Positions 49,037-59,673 of a DNA stretch of 64,000 nt are shown in pieces. The notes beneath the pieces were generated by a model. It saw only the letters and a list, made by a program, of their open reading frames with translations. It did no database searches and was not told the origin of the DNA. Location of the stretch: contig JAOPTT010000009.1 in the NCBI GenBank assembly GCA_051531975.1, positions 465,456 through 529,455 on the forward strand, given 5' to 3'. Both the position numbers and the translations under genes were made by a program. Source of the stretch: Spirochaetaceae bacterium (lineage in GTDB: Bacteria > Spirochaetota > Spirochaetia > DSM-2461). Numbering within the stretch: the first letter of the stretch is position 1; each line of letters begins with the position of its first letter.

Positions 49037-51034
49037 TAAGGTATAGCTAATACAGTTATCAACAATAACTTTGTAGTTTTTACTGTTCTGACTAATATTT
49101 TGTTCTAACTTCTTATTACAATTAACAGGGCATCCACTTTCATTAGCTTTGAAACATGTTCTACTTATAAATAGTGGGGGATAATCAGCTTCTTTATCGG
49201 TTTCTACCCAAACTGTAGTCCATTTTAGATTATTTATTAAACTATTTAAAAGTTCAGTAGTATGGTTATTAACACAATAAAGACCATAGTCGCAGTAGTA
49301 TTCTGTATCTGATGATAGCTCTGGAATATAGGATAGTTGGGATATGTTATTTAATCCAATTACAAAATTATAATCACTGTTATTTTCTAGAAAAGTTTTA
49401 AGTTTTGAAAGATAATCTTCAGAATTAAATATTACTGGTGCTAGTGGTAGTAAATAACTAGTCTCAAATTTATTTAAGTTTTCAATTAGTAATTCTGAAA
49501 AATCTGTTACAAAGGGTAATGAGTTTCTGTTATTAACAAACTTTTTACTTGGTATTTTTAGTGTAGATATAGTTTTTAATATAGGCACCGGAATATTATT
49601 AATAAAATCTATTTGGAATGAGTTTCTTATCTCTTTTAATTTAGAAGAAGGAATAAATGGATCATTTATATCAGAACTATTAACGACGTTACATATAAAG
49701 TTGTATTCTGTTTCTCCTCCTGAATAAAATATTTTATGGAACTGTTTATTTAAGTCTACTGGATTTTTTGCTGGCTGAAGCTCAATAATATAACTGAATG
49801 TTTTATAATCTGTTTCTATAGTTATTCCACTATTAATTATCTCTATTTTAAGTTCAACTTTAGATTTCCATGGTTTATAACTCTGAGTCTTTTCCTCTTT
49901 TAGGTGTTTGTCATGGCTAGAAATCTTATAAAGCTTATGTGTTGTATTTTCTGGAATTGAACCTTTAAGTATAGCAATATCGGATTTAATATTTATTATA
50001 TTTGCAGCAAATTTTATTGAAGTATACGGTTTTGTTTTACTTAAAACTAATAACCCATCTCTGTTTTCAATTTTTTCTGAAAGTTTGACACTAAAGCTGT
50101 TTTTATCAACTGATAATATTTCACCTACAGGTAACCCAAGGTGGCTTGGATACTCTTTGTTTATGCTGTTATGGCCCTTAGGAGTGTTTAAGTAGGCATC
50201 CCCAGCTGTTCTATTAAATTCTGTAAGAGATCGCTTCAGTGGTTCCTTAAAGTCCTTGTTGTTAAGTATATTATAATAGAGTTCTGAAGTTGCGGAGACA
50301 TATCCAGGCCCTTTCATTCGTCCCTCTATTTTTAAAGATTCTACTCCGATCTCTTTTAATTTTAAAACTTTCTCTTGTAAAGATAGATCGTTTAGGGAGA
50401 AGCTATACTCTTTTTTCCCATTAACATTAAACCAGGTCCTACATATCTGACCACACTCTCCCCGGTTTGCAGATCTGTCTAATAGTTTTGATGAAGCAAG
50501 GCAGAGCCCTGAAAATCCATAACATAGAGCTCCATGGATAAATATTTCTAACTCCATTTTGGGGAATTGCTTTTTTATATCCTGGATCTCTTTTAGAGTT
50601 AATTCTCTACTTAAAACAGCTCTAGTAAAACCTAGATGCTTTAGAGTTTTAACACCATGTATATTATGTACACCAAGTTGCGTCGATGCATGTAATGGTA
50701 AATTTGTATTCTTTCTAATTATATTTGCTAAGCCTAAATCCTGAATTATTATTGCATCAACTTCTATATCTTCTAGTTGTTTTAACAGAGGGTATAGATC
50801 TGAAAGTTCAGTATCTTTGAGTAATGTATTTATAGCTACGTATATTTTTTTACTGTTATCAAAACAATATGTTTTTAATCTACGGAGTTGATCCATCGTG
50901 AAATTTGTTGCACTTTTACGTGCGGAGAAGGATGTAAGACCTATATAAACAGCATCAGCTCCACTTTTTAATGCGTGAATCGCGCTATTAAAGCTTCCAC
51001 CTGGAGCAAGAATTTCAGGATTGTTAATATTCAT
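49028..51034 (-). CDS. Peptidase U32 family protein (RlhA-like RNA hydroxylase)
   Basis: EILAPGG, GADAVYIG, HASTQ, HGALC..SG.C, NRGECGQICR, SLKIEGRMK; long C-terminal extension. Confidence 0.88.
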   Translation of the reverse strand: MNINNPEILAPGGSFNSAIHALKSGADAVYIGLTSFSARKSATNFTMDQLRRLKTYCFDNSKKIYVAINTLLKDTELSDLYPLLKQLEDIEVDAIIIQDLGLANIIRKNTNLPLHASTQLGVHNIHGVKTLKHLGFTRAVLSRELTLKEIQDIKKQFPKMELEIFIHGALCYGFSGLCLASSKLLDRSANRGECGQICRTWFNVNGKKEYSFSLNDLSLQEKVLKLKEIGVESLKIEGRMKGPGYVSATSELYYNILNNKDFKEPLKRSLTEFNRTAGDAYLNTPKGHNSINKEYPSHLGLPVGEILSVDKNSFSVKLSEKIENRDGLLVLSKTKPYTSIKFAANIINIKSDIAILKGSIPENTTHKLYKISSHDKHLKEEKTQSYKPWKSKVELKIEIINSGITIETDYKTFSYIIELQPAKNPVDLNKQFHKIFYSGGETEYNFICNVVNSSDINDPFIPSSKLKEIRNSFQIDFINNIPVPILKTISTLKIPSKKFVNNRNSLPFVTDFSELLIENLNKFETSYLLPLAPVIFNSEDYLSKLKTFLENNSDYNFVIGLNNISQLSYIPELSSDTEYYCDYGLYCVNNHTTELLNSLINNLKWTTVWVETDKEADYPPLFISRTCFKANESGCPVNCNKKLEQNISQNSKNYKVIVDNCISYTLLV

Positions 51035-51103
51035 TTAACTATAATAATATATAAAACCTGAATATTATATAGTTGTCTCTAACAGTTCTTGCTCCTATAT
51101 CAA

Positions 51104-52675
51104 TTAAATATTTAGATTTTTTTCTAAGGTTGCTCTTACTGAACCTGGACCATTTGACATTTCAGAATAATAATTCTCGATTATAACCCCTAATCCAGCT
51201 TTATATAGATCAACTCCAAAGATTTTGTTATTACTTAATATCCATTTTAAACCCTGAGGTTCTTTAATCTTTTCACTTAACATAGAAAATCCTGGATCAG
51301 AACTTGGTGTAAATTCTTTACCATTATCATCTATTCCACTTAAATATATTAACCATGCAGCAATAGTTAATGGTATTCCTACGAGGTCTCTAACATTCAG
51401 CTGATTAGATTCTTGATAAGACTTAATTGTTTCACCAAATCGGATTCCAATTTTTAAAGATGTATCGGAAGCTATTCTTTGAGGTGTATCTGGAATTGAT
51501 GGATTAATAAGCCTTTCATTTATTACTTCGTCAATAAAATCTTTTGGATCAATTATTTTAGGATTTATAACAACTTTTAGACCTTCAGTATATCCTATAG
51601 CTTTAACCAGTTTTAATAATAGTGGATCTTTCATTTCATCTGCTATTAATGTATATCCAAAAAGGCAACCTGTTATTGCAAGAGCTGTATGTAGAGGGTT
51701 TAGGCATGTTGTAACCTTCATTGTCTCAACACTGTTAACAGTTTCTCTTGTTGTAAAAATAATACCAGCTTTTTCTAGTGGAGGTCTTCCATTTACAAAA
51801 TTATCCTCTATCACAAGATATTCACAGATCTCTGCATTCACAAATGGAGCCATATATGATCCTTTTGTTGTAATAACAATATCCATATTATTAAGTCCAA
51901 GATTCTCTAGATCTTGTTGAAAGTTTTTTGCTGGTCTAGGTGTTATTTTATCTATCATGGATAGTGGGTAGGTTACCTTTGTTTTATCTGATAAATACTC
52001 GATGAAGCCTTTGTCTACAAAATTATTTTTAAGCCACTCTTTAGCTATTGTAGCCACGGCATCTTTTAATTTATCTCCATTATGAGAGCAGTTATCCATA
52101 CTTAAAAGTGTTACAGGAGATGCTCCATTTTTATATCTGTTATATAAATTAGATGTAATTATGCTCATTAAATGAATAGGATTCTCTAAACCGTTTTTTA
52201 TATCATTTTTTACAATATCTATGTATTCACCTGAGTTTGTAAATAGTCCATATCCTTTCTCTGTAACTGTAAAACTTACAATCTGTAGTTCTGGATTAAT
52301 AAACATCTTTTTAAGTTTTTTATTTTCTGTGGTTATAGCATCTGCAATACTTGCAATAACTCTTTTATCTGTAGACCCATCAGCTTTAGTTAAAACTAAA
52401 ATAGATAAGTTATTAAAAGGTTTATATATCTTCTCAATTACTTCAGGATCAAAAGATTCTACTGCAATTATCCCTGTCTCTACTAATTTATTATCAAGAA
52501 GATCTTGATATCTATTACATATAAGAGATTTAAATATATTTCCTGCTCCAAAATGAATCCACTTAGGGTTATCTTTTGTTTTGGATATAACTTCTTCGAT
52601 ATTAAATAGTGGAAGTTTTATATCTAAGTTTTCCCAATCTGATCTATTTTTAAGTGATTTTAATGATAATTCCAT
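51104..52675 (-). CDS. uxuB: Mannitol-dehydrogenase family D-mannonate oxidoreductase
   Basis: WIHFGAGNIF, TVTEKGY, SMDNCSHNG, MIDKITP, KVTTCLNPLH; follows uxuA. Confidence 0.85.
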   Translation of the reverse strand: MELSLKSLKNRSDWENLDIKLPLFNIEEVISKTKDNPKWIHFGAGNIFKSLICNRYQDLLDNKLVETGIIAVESFDPEVIEKIYKPFNNLSILVLTKADGSTDKRVIASIADAITTENKKLKKMFINPELQIVSFTVTEKGYGLFTNSGEYIDIVKNDIKNGLENPIHLMSIITSNLYNRYKNGASPVTLLSMDNCSHNGDKLKDAVATIAKEWLKNNFVDKGFIEYLSDKTKVTYPLSMIDKITPRPAKNFQQDLENLGLNNMDIVITTKGSYMAPFVNAEICEYLVIEDNFVNGRPPLEKAGIIFTTRETVNSVETMKVTTCLNPLHTALAITGCLFGYTLIADEMKDPLLLKLVKAIGYTEGLKVVINPKIIDPKDFIDEVINERLINPSIPDTPQRIASDTSLKIGIRFGETIKSYQESNQLNVRDLVGIPLTIAAWLIYLSGIDDNGKEFTPSSDPGFSMLSEKIKEPQGLKWILSNNKIFGVDLYKAGLGVIIENYYSEMSNGPGSVRATLEKNLNI

Positions 52676-52676
52676 A

Positions 52677-53753
52677 TTATTTACCCTCTGCTCTTTTTTC
52701 TAATGAGTCCCATATTCCAAGCATATACATAATACCTAGAGCTCTATCGTAAAGACCATACCCAGGTCTACACTCTGTTTCTTCTCCCCATAAATGCCTT
52801 CCATGATCAGGTCTTAAGTATCCTGAAAAACCGTTGTCATGATAAGCTTTTAAAACTTCATATACATCAACATTTCCATCAGAACCTCTGTGTGATGCCT
52901 CAATAAAGTCTCCATTATCAAAAACTTTAACATTTCTAATATGTGCAAAAGCTATTTTATCATGAAACTCCCTAACAATTGCTGGTATATCGTTTAATAG
53001 ATTAGGTCCAAGGGATCCAGTACAAAGTGTAAGACCATTATATGGTGAGTCTACTAATTTTAAAAACCAATCGATATGGTCTCTGCTTCTAATTATTCTT
53101 GGCAGACCAAATATTGGCCATGGTGGATCGTCAGGATGAATTGCCATCTTAATTCCACATCTTTCACAAACAGGAATAATATGTTCTAAAAAGTACTTAA
53201 GATTTTCAAAAAGAATATCCTCTGTAATACCTTCGTAAGCTTTAAAAAGATCGTCAAGTTTTGCCATTCTCTCTGGTTCCCAACCTGGCAATGTAAAATC
53301 CCCCGCACTATCAAGAATTCTATTAACCATGACCATTGGGTCAGTGTCTATGGCATTTTTTTCGTAAAAGAGTGCATTTGAACCATCGGGATGTTCTTTA
53401 TATAGATCAGTTCTTGTCCAATCAAATATAGGCATGAAATTATAACAAATAACTTTAACCCCTACCTGTGACAATTTTTCTATAGTATCTATGTAATTCT
53501 TTATATATTCATCTCTAGTATCTAATCCAAGTTTTATATCGTCGTGAATATTTACACTTTCTACAACTTCAGGATTAAACCCTTTACTTCGTATTAGATC
53601 GGTTACTTGAACAATTCGATCCATTTCCCAGATCTCTCCGGCAACCTTATCGTGCAACGACCACACAATTCCTGTAACCCCTGGAATCTGTCTAATATGA
53701 TCCAATGTAATAGAGTCATTATTCTCTCCGTACCATCGCCATGTCATTTGCAT
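52677..53753 (-). CDS. uxuA: Mannonate dehydratase
   Basis: MQMTWRWYG, VESVNIHDDIK, CYNFMP..DWTRT, HPDDPP, RPDHG, PGYGLYDRALG; GGAG SD before ATG 53753. Confidence 0.96.
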   Translation of the reverse strand: MQMTWRWYGENNDSITLDHIRQIPGVTGIVWSLHDKVAGEIWEMDRIVQVTDLIRSKGFNPEVVESVNIHDDIKLGLDTRDEYIKNYIDTIEKLSQVGVKVICYNFMPIFDWTRTDLYKEHPDGSNALFYEKNAIDTDPMVMVNRILDSAGDFTLPGWEPERMAKLDDLFKAYEGITEDILFENLKYFLEHIIPVCERCGIKMAIHPDDPPWPIFGLPRIIRSRDHIDWFLKLVDSPYNGLTLCTGSLGPNLLNDIPAIVREFHDKIAFAHIRNVKVFDNGDFIEASHRGSDGNVDVYEVLKAYHDNGFSGYLRPDHGRHLWGEETECRPGYGLYDRALGIMYMLGIWDSLEKRAEGK

Positions 53754-53765
53754 ATAAACTCCTAA

Positions 53766-53785
53766 CAAACTTGTATACAAGTTTG
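53766..53785. promoter_or_regulatory. GntR/FadR-type operator upstream of uxuA
   Basis: Perfect 20-bp palindrome CAAACTTGTATACAAGTTTG between the promoter and the SD. Confidence 0.8.
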
Positions 53786-53795
53786 GGTCTGTCTT

Positions 53796-53824
53796 AAGAT
53801 AGTGTAGAAAATTAGTGTTGTCAA
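53796..53824 (-). promoter_or_regulatory. sigma70 promoter of uxuAB
   Basis: Minus strand TTGACA-17-TATCTT. Confidence 0.65.
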
Positions 53825-53852
53825 GAGTGATATATTACGTGTATAAATAATA

Positions 53853-54506
53853 ATGTCATTATCTAAAGATCAAATTATAAATGAACTAAAAGGTGAAATC
53901 TTAAACTTAATATTAAAACCTGGTTCAGTTTTAAGTGAAGCAGTTTTAACAAAAAGATTTGGGATATCCAGAACACCAATAAGAGATATTCTTAAGCAAC
54001 TTTCAGCTGATGGTTATATTGTTATATCACCCCAAAGAGCAACTAGAGTATCGTATATAGATTTAAAATCTGTTGAGCAGATTATCTATTTGAGGTCTAC
54101 CTTAGAAAAACAGATACTTATCGACCTTTGTGGAAAACTACCTCAAGCTACAGCGTTAAAACTTAAAGAGTTATTGGAACTTCAGAAAAAGGTTATGATT
54201 GAAGATGATTATTATAATAAATTCTTAATATATGATGATGAGTTCCATAAAGAACTCTTTATAGCAGCTGATAGACTGTTTTTATGGGATTTAATGCTAA
54301 AACTAAATGTTCATTATGTTAGATACCGAATGCTTCACTTATTGGAAACAGATAAACTTGAAATACTTTATAAGGAACATAGAGATATAACAGATGTTCT
54401 AATCGAAGGTGATACCACAAAAATTGAGGAATTTATAAACAAACATATTAAAGATGATGTTAAATCAGACTATTTTGAACAGAATTTTTCAGAGTATATT
54501 CTCTGA
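53853..54506 (+). CDS. GntR family (FCD) regulator, probable uxuAB repressor
   Basis: LKPGSVLSE..LTKRFGISRTPIR; DDEFH, EHRDI; divergent from uxuA. Confidence 0.9.
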   Translation: MSLSKDQIINELKGEILNLILKPGSVLSEAVLTKRFGISRTPIRDILKQLSADGYIVISPQRATRVSYIDLKSVEQIIYLRSTLEKQILIDLCGKLPQATALKLKELLELQKKVMIEDDYYNKFLIYDDEFHKELFIAADRLFLWDLMLKLNVHYVRYRMLHLLETDKLEILYKEHRDITDVLIEGDTTKIEEFINKHIKDDVKSDYFEQNFSEYIL

Positions 54507-54567
54507 TCTAATTATACAATTTGTAATTTTAAATGTACGTACAAAAAAAAGAATGATAGGATAATGT

Positions 54568-56505
54568 ATGGAATCCCCAATATTTATTATAATCTCAAAT
54601 TTAATTGTACCCTTAGTTACAGGGCTATTTTTAGTTGTATATTTACTATATTTTATAATTGCCAATCACACAAAAGTTAAATCCTACAGATATTTTATGA
54701 TATTTTTAATAGGGTATAGTATATTTAATTTTGGCCGACCATTACAACTTTTATTAGGGCCATATCCATTACCATTGATAATTGTTAATATTAGGGTTTT
54801 TATTTTATGCACTGTAATATCTCCATCTATAATATTAGCTGCCATCTCTTTTAAAAATAGGGAAAAATTACTAAAAAAGGATGAAATTGCAATTACTTTG
54901 GTCTCATTAATATTAGGGGTAACATATGTAGTTTTTAATACTTTAGGGACACAAGATAGTTATATCATGTTAGATACACTGAACTTAACTATTTATGATA
55001 ACTTTACCCCATCACTATCTAAACCATTTTATGGAAGAGAAATTACAATTACTGTTCAAATTATTATTGGGGTCATTTTGACAATATTCAGTATCTCTAT
55101 GTTAGTTAAATTGAAGTTTGAAATTACGTGGAATAAATTTGTTAATCATAAAATATTTTATATAAATGTAGCTATATTGGTATTTGCCTTGTCTTTTATT
55201 TATGGATCAATTGCGAAACAGTGGTGGATTTATTATGCAGCTTCTATTATATCTACTCTCTCTTTTGGTTGGAGTGTCTTGCAAGATATAAAAGAGGTTT
55301 ATGATGACTATGATAAGCTTATTCCTTTCATAAAAGAAGACATTCTAAATAATGTAGTTTTTAATAAATCCTCTAAAGATAAGTTAAAAAAAATGCTTTT
55401 TTGTCTTAAAAAATGTGAAGATCCGGATACCTTTTTAATTATTGATTCAAAAAGTAAAAAGGATGAATTAAACTTAGATCCATATCAAATTGACCAGATA
55501 CAAAAAATATTAAAATTAGAACTTGGTAATTTTTTTGTTACAGAAGATTATCTGATTTTTCCTTTAACTAGTAATGAAATAGGTGTAGTCATTAGATTAT
55601 TAAATAATAGTGGTGAGAAAAATCCACTGTTTCTTGATCATTTAGATTCTATATCAAAAGAGATTAGTAAAAAAATTGAAAATGACATAAATATTGGTGT
55701 TGGTAATAGTTATTCTGGCCTCGAATATATGTATCAATCATTTTCAGAGGCTCAAAATGCCTTAGCCATAGCAAAAAGTATAGATGGGAATCAAGTTATA
55801 CATATTGAAAATATTATGGATGTTAAGTCTTCAGTTAACCATTACCCTGTTAGAGAAAAGATAAATTTCTTAAATTATATTAAAGTTGGTGATATTACTA
55901 ATGTAACAAAAGAACTAAATATATTTTTAAACTTATTTGAAGAGTTTATTAATAGAAGACCAGATAGTTTACAGGTTCGGCTTTATGAATTAGTTGGGTC
56001 GTTAATCGATACTGCTATAATTGCAGGTGGAGACGAAGATAAGCTAAATAATCTTGCTATTAAATACTTTAAAGAAGTAGAAAATATTTGTAACAGAGAC
56101 AATTTAAGAAGTTGGCTCACAACTACAACAATAGAAATTACCTCTATTGTAAGTAATGTATATGAGAGTAGATCAAAAGTTCTAGTTAATAAAGCATTAG
56201 ATTTTATGTGCAATAATATTATGAATGCATCTTTAGGGTATAAAGATGTGGCAAAAGAGATATTTATAAGTCCTTCATACTTTCTAAGCCTATTTAAACA
56301 GGAGACAGGAACTACTTTTGTAGAAAAGCTAAATAATTTAAGATTAAAAATGGCAAAAGAACTCCTGTTAAACAGTAATAAAAGTATAACTGAGATATCT
56401 TTTGATGTAGGTTTTAATAATTCTAACTATTTTAGTAGTAAGTTTTCAAAAACAGTAGGGGTAAGCGCTATGGAGTATAGAAAACAGTGCCAAGGTAATA
56501 ATTAA
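54568..56505 (+). CDS. Membrane-anchored AraC-family regulator (about 7 TM + CdaR/GGDEF-like + AraC HTH)
   Basis: Hydrophobic first ~240 aa; INIGVGNSY...SFSEAQNAL; ISPSYFLSLFKQETG...VGFNNSNYFSSKF. Confidence 0.85.
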   Translation: MESPIFIIISNLIVPLVTGLFLVVYLLYFIIANHTKVKSYRYFMIFLIGYSIFNFGRPLQLLLGPYPLPLIIVNIRVFILCTVISPSIILAAISFKNREKLLKKDEIAITLVSLILGVTYVVFNTLGTQDSYIMLDTLNLTIYDNFTPSLSKPFYGREITITVQIIIGVILTIFSISMLVKLKFEITWNKFVNHKIFYINVAILVFALSFIYGSIAKQWWIYYAASIISTLSFGWSVLQDIKEVYDDYDKLIPFIKEDILNNVVFNKSSKDKLKKMLFCLKKCEDPDTFLIIDSKSKKDELNLDPYQIDQIQKILKLELGNFFVTEDYLIFPLTSNEIGVVIRLLNNSGEKNPLFLDHLDSISKEISKKIENDINIGVGNSYSGLEYMYQSFSEAQNALAIAKSIDGNQVIHIENIMDVKSSVNHYPVREKINFLNYIKVGDITNVTKELNIFLNLFEEFINRRPDSLQVRLYELVGSLIDTAIIAGGDEDKLNNLAIKYFKEVENICNRDNLRSWLTTTTIEITSIVSNVYESRSKVLVNKALDFMCNNIMNASLGYKDVAKEIFISPSYFLSLFKQETGTTFVEKLNNLRLKMAKELLLNSNKSITEISFDVGFNNSNYFSSKFSKTVGVSAMEYRKQCQGNN

Positions 56506-56539
56506 AACCTTTGATTAACCAGTTAAGTTATCAAAGGTT
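56506..56539. terminator. Bidirectional terminator between araC-like and dctM
   Basis: AACCTTTGAT...ATCAAAGGTT. Confidence 0.7.
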
Positions 56540-56551
56540 ATATTAAAAACT

Positions 56552-57841
56552 TCACCCACCGTAAATTAGGTTTGGTATAAATGTTACTAAACCTGGTAGA
56601 AAAACTAGAATTGCAATTTCAAGAAAAACAGCAAGCATAAAAGGTATTGATTCTTTGGTATATTCCTCAGGAGGACAGTCAATAATACCACATACCGTAT
56701 ACAGTGCTGATCCAATAGGAGGGGTCATAACACCTAAAGTAACTATTGTTGCCATTAAAACACCAAAGTGTACTGGATCTACCCCAAGTTCCTTAACCAT
56801 GGGTAAAAAGATAGGTGTTAAAAGTAGAAAATTCACATTGCTATCTACTAACATTCCTGAGAAAAATAGGAAACCTAACATAATTAATATGAGAAGTTGA
56901 GGATTATTAGTTATTCCAAAAATAAAACTACTTAATACTACAGGTAATTGAACCCATGTTAGAGCATAACTAAATGGCCCTGACATGGCGATTATTAACA
57001 TAATTGCACCATTATCTTTAAAACTTGTAACAAGTGCGGATTTAAAGTTCTCCCAGGTTAACTCTTTGTAGACAAATTTTCCTATAACTAATGCATATAC
57101 GACAGCAAAAGCGCCTGATTCCGAAGGTGTAAAAAATCCGAATCTAATACCAAAAATTAAAATTAACGGAAATAGTAATGCCCAAATAGAATCTTTAAGG
57201 TCTTCACCGAGTTCTTTAAAAGTTAATTTTTTTGCATCCTGCTGAGGTGGATCATAATTGTTAATTCTACTGGTTATTGAAGTTGTAACCATTAAAAATA
57301 TCATCATTAATATTCCAGGTATTATTCCTGCTGCAAAAAGTCTTCCAATTGAAACTTCACCAACAAATCCAAATATAATTAAACCTAAGCTAGGTGGAAT
57401 AGTTGCAGTAATTAGAGCTGAAACACAGTTAACTGAGCAAATATAACCTTTTTTATAGCCAAGACGAATCATTTCAGGTCCAAGTATCCTAGTTTCCATT
57501 GCTGCATCCGCTGTTGCTGATCCTGAAACTCCACCCATTAGTGTACTCATCACAACACTTATTTGTGCTGTTCCACCGTACATTCTACGGGTTATTAATC
57601 TTGATAAACCTAGAAGTCTTTGGGTTATTCCAGAAACATTCATTAAGTTTCCAGCTAATATAAAAAAAGGAACAGCTAAAAATGCAAAAGATTGACTTTG
57701 CAATACAATCATTTGAACTGCACTTTCTGTGGGCAACATTGACTGGGATAAGAAAAATACTATACCTGATATACCAATAACAAAAGCAATGGGCATTCCA
57801 AGTATTAATAGTGTTATAAAACAAATTAGTAATATAGTCAT
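56552..57841 (-). CDS. dctM: TRAP transporter large permease
   Basis: LAVPFFILAGNLM, GVSGSATADAA, IPPS, FTPSE, GVDPVHFG, TPPIG. Confidence 0.95.
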   Translation of the reverse strand: MTILLICFITLLILGMPIAFVIGISGIVFFLSQSMLPTESAVQMIVLQSQSFAFLAVPFFILAGNLMNVSGITQRLLGLSRLITRRMYGGTAQISVVMSTLMGGVSGSATADAAMETRILGPEMIRLGYKKGYICSVNCVSALITATIPPSLGLIIFGFVGEVSIGRLFAAGIIPGILMMIFLMVTTSITSRINNYDPPQQDAKKLTFKELGEDLKDSIWALLFPLILIFGIRFGFFTPSESGAFAVVYALVIGKFVYKELTWENFKSALVTSFKDNGAIMLIIAMSGPFSYALTWVQLPVVLSSFIFGITNNPQLLILIMLGFLFFSGMLVDSNVNFLLLTPIFLPMVKELGVDPVHFGVLMATIVTLGVMTPPIGSALYTVCGIIDCPPEEYTKESIPFMLAVFLEIAILVFLPGLVTFIPNLIYGG

Positions 57842-58372
57842 TTATTCACCCTTATTATCAGAAAGAAGTACTTTTGAAGAAAGCTTTCCTGACATTTCTA
57901 AGATAATAATCTGTAATTTTTGTAGAGTTGTAAAAATCATAGAAAACGATGCAACTACAAGACTTATAGTTACAAGAGAATATGGTATAGCCATAGATTG
58001 ATATCTTGCTAGACGTTCAGTCCAAGATAATTTAATTCCATAATAAAATATAAGAACTAAAGCTACTAATACAAATAGGTTTATAAAAATACTAATTATT
58101 TGTTGTAAAGATTTAGGTAAATTTCTTGTAACAAGATTTACACCAATAACCTGTCCACTTCTCCATGCAACATCTGCACCTAAAAAGGCAGTCCATGCTA
58201 ATAGAAGCATACTAAGGTCTAGATTCCAAGAGACTGAAAATCTCATGAATCTAAGAACTGCAGATAAAAAAACTAAAGCAACTAGAAGCATTAAACCTAC
58301 TCCACATACTATCTCCTCAGCTTTACAGAACCTAAGATATATTTTTTTAAGAGTGCTTATAGCTTTCTCCAT
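57842..58372 (-). CDS. dctQ: TRAP transporter small permease
   Basis: Four TMs; W..DLSMLLLAW.AFLGA. Confidence 0.9.
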   Translation of the reverse strand: MEKAISTLKKIYLRFCKAEEIVCGVGLMLLVALVFLSAVLRFMRFSVSWNLDLSMLLLAWTAFLGADVAWRSGQVIGVNLVTRNLPKSLQQIISIFINLFVLVALVLIFYYGIKLSWTERLARYQSMAIPYSLVTISLVVASFSMIFTTLQKLQIIILEMSGKLSSKVLLSDNKGE

Positions 58373-58407
58373 AATTTATTCTCCTAATATTTTATTTGTG
58401 AATTGGG

Positions 58408-58436
58408 AGGTATAGCCCAAAAAACAAGCTATACCT
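58408..58436 (-). other. Intercistronic stem-loop after dctP (mRNA stabiliser or partial terminator)
   Basis: AGGTATAGC...GCTATACCT 9-bp stem between the binding-protein and permease genes. Confidence 0.6.
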
Positions 58437-58444
58437 ATGCCATA

Positions 58445-59458
58445 TTAGATACCTAACTGTTTAAATAGTTCATCTTTAAGTCCTGGTGAAAACCCTAATT
58501 CATTATTATCATAAAGAGGCTGCACCGCAGCTTGGAATTCTCCGATATCAACATTAGTTATCTCAACACCATTATCTTTCATTTGTTGGTAATAGCCATC
58601 TTCTGCAGCTTGGCCAAGTACTCCATATCTAATAGACTTTTCACGGATTGTTTTTAAGAAGAATTCTTTAGCTTCTTCTGGCATACCATCTAATAATCTA
58701 GTAGAACAAACAAAAGCAGTTTGTAACATATAGTGTTTAGTCATAGCTATATATGGTGTAACTTCCCAAAAAGAGTTTGGTGCAGCAGCAGATACTTGTA
58801 CCTCCGTACCATCTAATGTTTTTTGCTGAATCCCCGGGAATACTTCTCCAAAACCGATTGCAATATTGGCATAACCTAAGTTTTTAGCTAAACCATTTCC
58901 AACAGAGTTTCCAAAACCACGAATTCTCATACCTGCAAGGTCTTCAACATGAGTAACTTTTTTTGTTGTGTAAAAGTTTCTGAATCCATTGTACATATCA
59001 GATATCAATACTAAACCTTGAGTTTCTAACTCTCCTGACCACTTCTTAAATAGTTCTGTATCTGGTAATTTTTTAAGAACAGATGGGTCTGTTAAAACAT
59101 ATGGAGCCATTAATATACTCATGTCAGGAATATTAAACTGACTGGCTAATCTTCCTGGATCTGTAGGAACAACTAAAGGAACTCCTAATTTGGCCTGTGT
59201 AACTAGAGCGTTTGTATCTCCAGATAGAGCTCCGGATACTAGAACCTTTGCATCAAATCTACCGTCTTCATTTAGTATATCTGCTACTTCCATCATCATT
59301 AAACTTTGTGTTGATGCAGGGCCTTCTGTACCAGCGAATGTTACTGTAATTTTTCCAGAATTACCTTCTGTTTCTTTTTGACCATTTGCAAATACTATAC
59401 TTGGAAATGATAAAGTAAGTATTAACACAATTAGAGTGATTTTCTTTTTCATAATCAC
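58445..59458 (-). CDS. dctP: TRAP transporter substrate-binding protein
   Basis: NGFRNF, DLAGMRIR, GEVFPGIQQKTLDG; upstream of dctQM. Confidence 0.92.
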   Translation of the reverse strand: MIMKKKITLIVLILTLSFPSIVFANGQKETEGNSGKITVTFAGTEGPASTQSLMMMEVADILNEDGRFDAKVLVSGALSGDTNALVTQAKLGVPLVVPTDPGRLASQFNIPDMSILMAPYVLTDPSVLKKLPDTELFKKWSGELETQGLVLISDMYNGFRNFYTTKKVTHVEDLAGMRIRGFGNSVGNGLAKNLGYANIAIGFGEVFPGIQQKTLDGTEVQVSAAAPNSFWEVTPYIAMTKHYMLQTAFVCSTRLLDGMPEEAKEFFLKTIREKSIRYGVLGQAAEDGYYQQMKDNGVEITNVDIGEFQAAVQPLYDNNELGFSPGLKDELFKQLGI

Positions 59459-59673
59459 AATCTCCTTTTAATTTGTTTTGCTTTACAAGCTAATTTAATG
59501 TTAGCAGAGCTTAGAAATTGTGCGTTTTATATCTTACTGATTTTCTTTAAAATATGATTATGTGATATTTAAAATATTATGATAGATTGTTAAAATATTA
59601 CTATTGTTGGTTTTTATAACAACTTTTACTGATTATCTATTAAATTATTCTTTGTGTTGTATATAATACAGCT

